Shown piece by piece: positions 63,430 to 64,000 of a stretch of 64,000 nucleotides of DNA. How positions within the stretch are numbered: the first letter of the stretch is position 1; each line of letters opens with the position of its first letter. The stretch lies in assembly GCA_030390025.1 (NCBI GenBank), contig JASTWF010000514.1:1-64000 (forward strand). Reading direction: 5' to 3'. The translations under genes and the position numbers were made by a program. Under the pieces are notes generated by a model that worked only from the letters and a program-made list of their open reading frames with translations, searched no databases and was not told the DNA's origin. This stretch comes from Squalus acanthias (Eukaryota).

Positions 63430-63760
63430 CACAGAATCCCCATCGAGCCTGCACCGACACATATCCCACCCTATCCCCGTAACCCCACGTATTTAATTCC
63501 CCCTAACATATCCCATCCTATCCCTGTAACCCCACATATTTAATCCCCCCCTAACACTAAGGGTCAATTTATCATAGCCAAATCAACCTAACCCGCACAT
63601 TTTTGGACTGTGGGAGGAAACCGGAGCACCCGGAGGAAACCCACGCAGACACGGGGAGAATGTGCAAACTCCACACAGACAGTCACCCGAGGCCAGATTC
63701 GAACCCGGGTCTCTGGCGCTGTGAGGCACCAGTGCTAACCACTATGCCACCGTGTTGCCC
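63430..63760 (-). mobile_element. HE1-type SINE
   Basis: Reverse complement of the family at 8388-8685, with A and B boxes. Confidence 0.8.
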
Positions 63761-64000
63761 TAGTCTAACCCTTGGAGCCCTGGTAACACAGTGGTGAATC
63801 TACACTGCACTCCCTCCAAGGTCCTTTCTAAGGTGCAGTGCGCAGAACTGTACACAGTGGCCTAATCAGACCTCTGTATAGCTGTCACAAAACTTTGTTC
63901 CATAAGAACATAAGAACATAAGAAACAGGATCAGGAGTAGGCCAATCGGTCCCTCGAGCATTTTCCGCCATTCAATAACATCATGGCTGATCCATTCTTG

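Overview
This is eukaryotic, repeat-rich DNA from a cartilaginous fish. The assignment rests on shark-type Ig light chains, HE1/Deu-type SINEs, CR1/L2/RTE/Penelope retroelements and a ~67-bp satellite. Almost all ORFs in the supplied track are retroelement fragments or noise; the real genes are spliced and had to be read by hand. The window is an antigen-receptor region. (1) At 1-3213 (minus strand) is a non-rearranging antigen-receptor-like gene with leader, pre-joined VJ exon, C1-set exon and a probable TM exon. It does not resemble the neighbouring IgL, has an unusual Cys-bridged short CDR2 region and an LRNG J-motif, and is disrupted in this assembly. (2) There are three germline-joined (RSS-less) type I/sigma-cart Ig light-chain clusters, all pseudogenes. 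Two of them are fused tail-to-tail at 37012/37013, the centre of an ~18-kb imperfect inverted duplication. Each is preceded by a ZNF143/THAP11-motif promoter module with a splice donor. (3) A two-exon GPR139/142-like GPCR pseudogene has AP-1/CRE/kB-like promoter motifs, and a second GPCR remnant lies downstream. Also present are candidate CTCF sites between the receptor-like gene and the IgL clusters, Penelope fragments with minimal hammerhead ribozymes, a 5'-inverted RTE insertion with TSD, Harbinger transposon relics and several minisatellites. Repeat boundaries are approximate.
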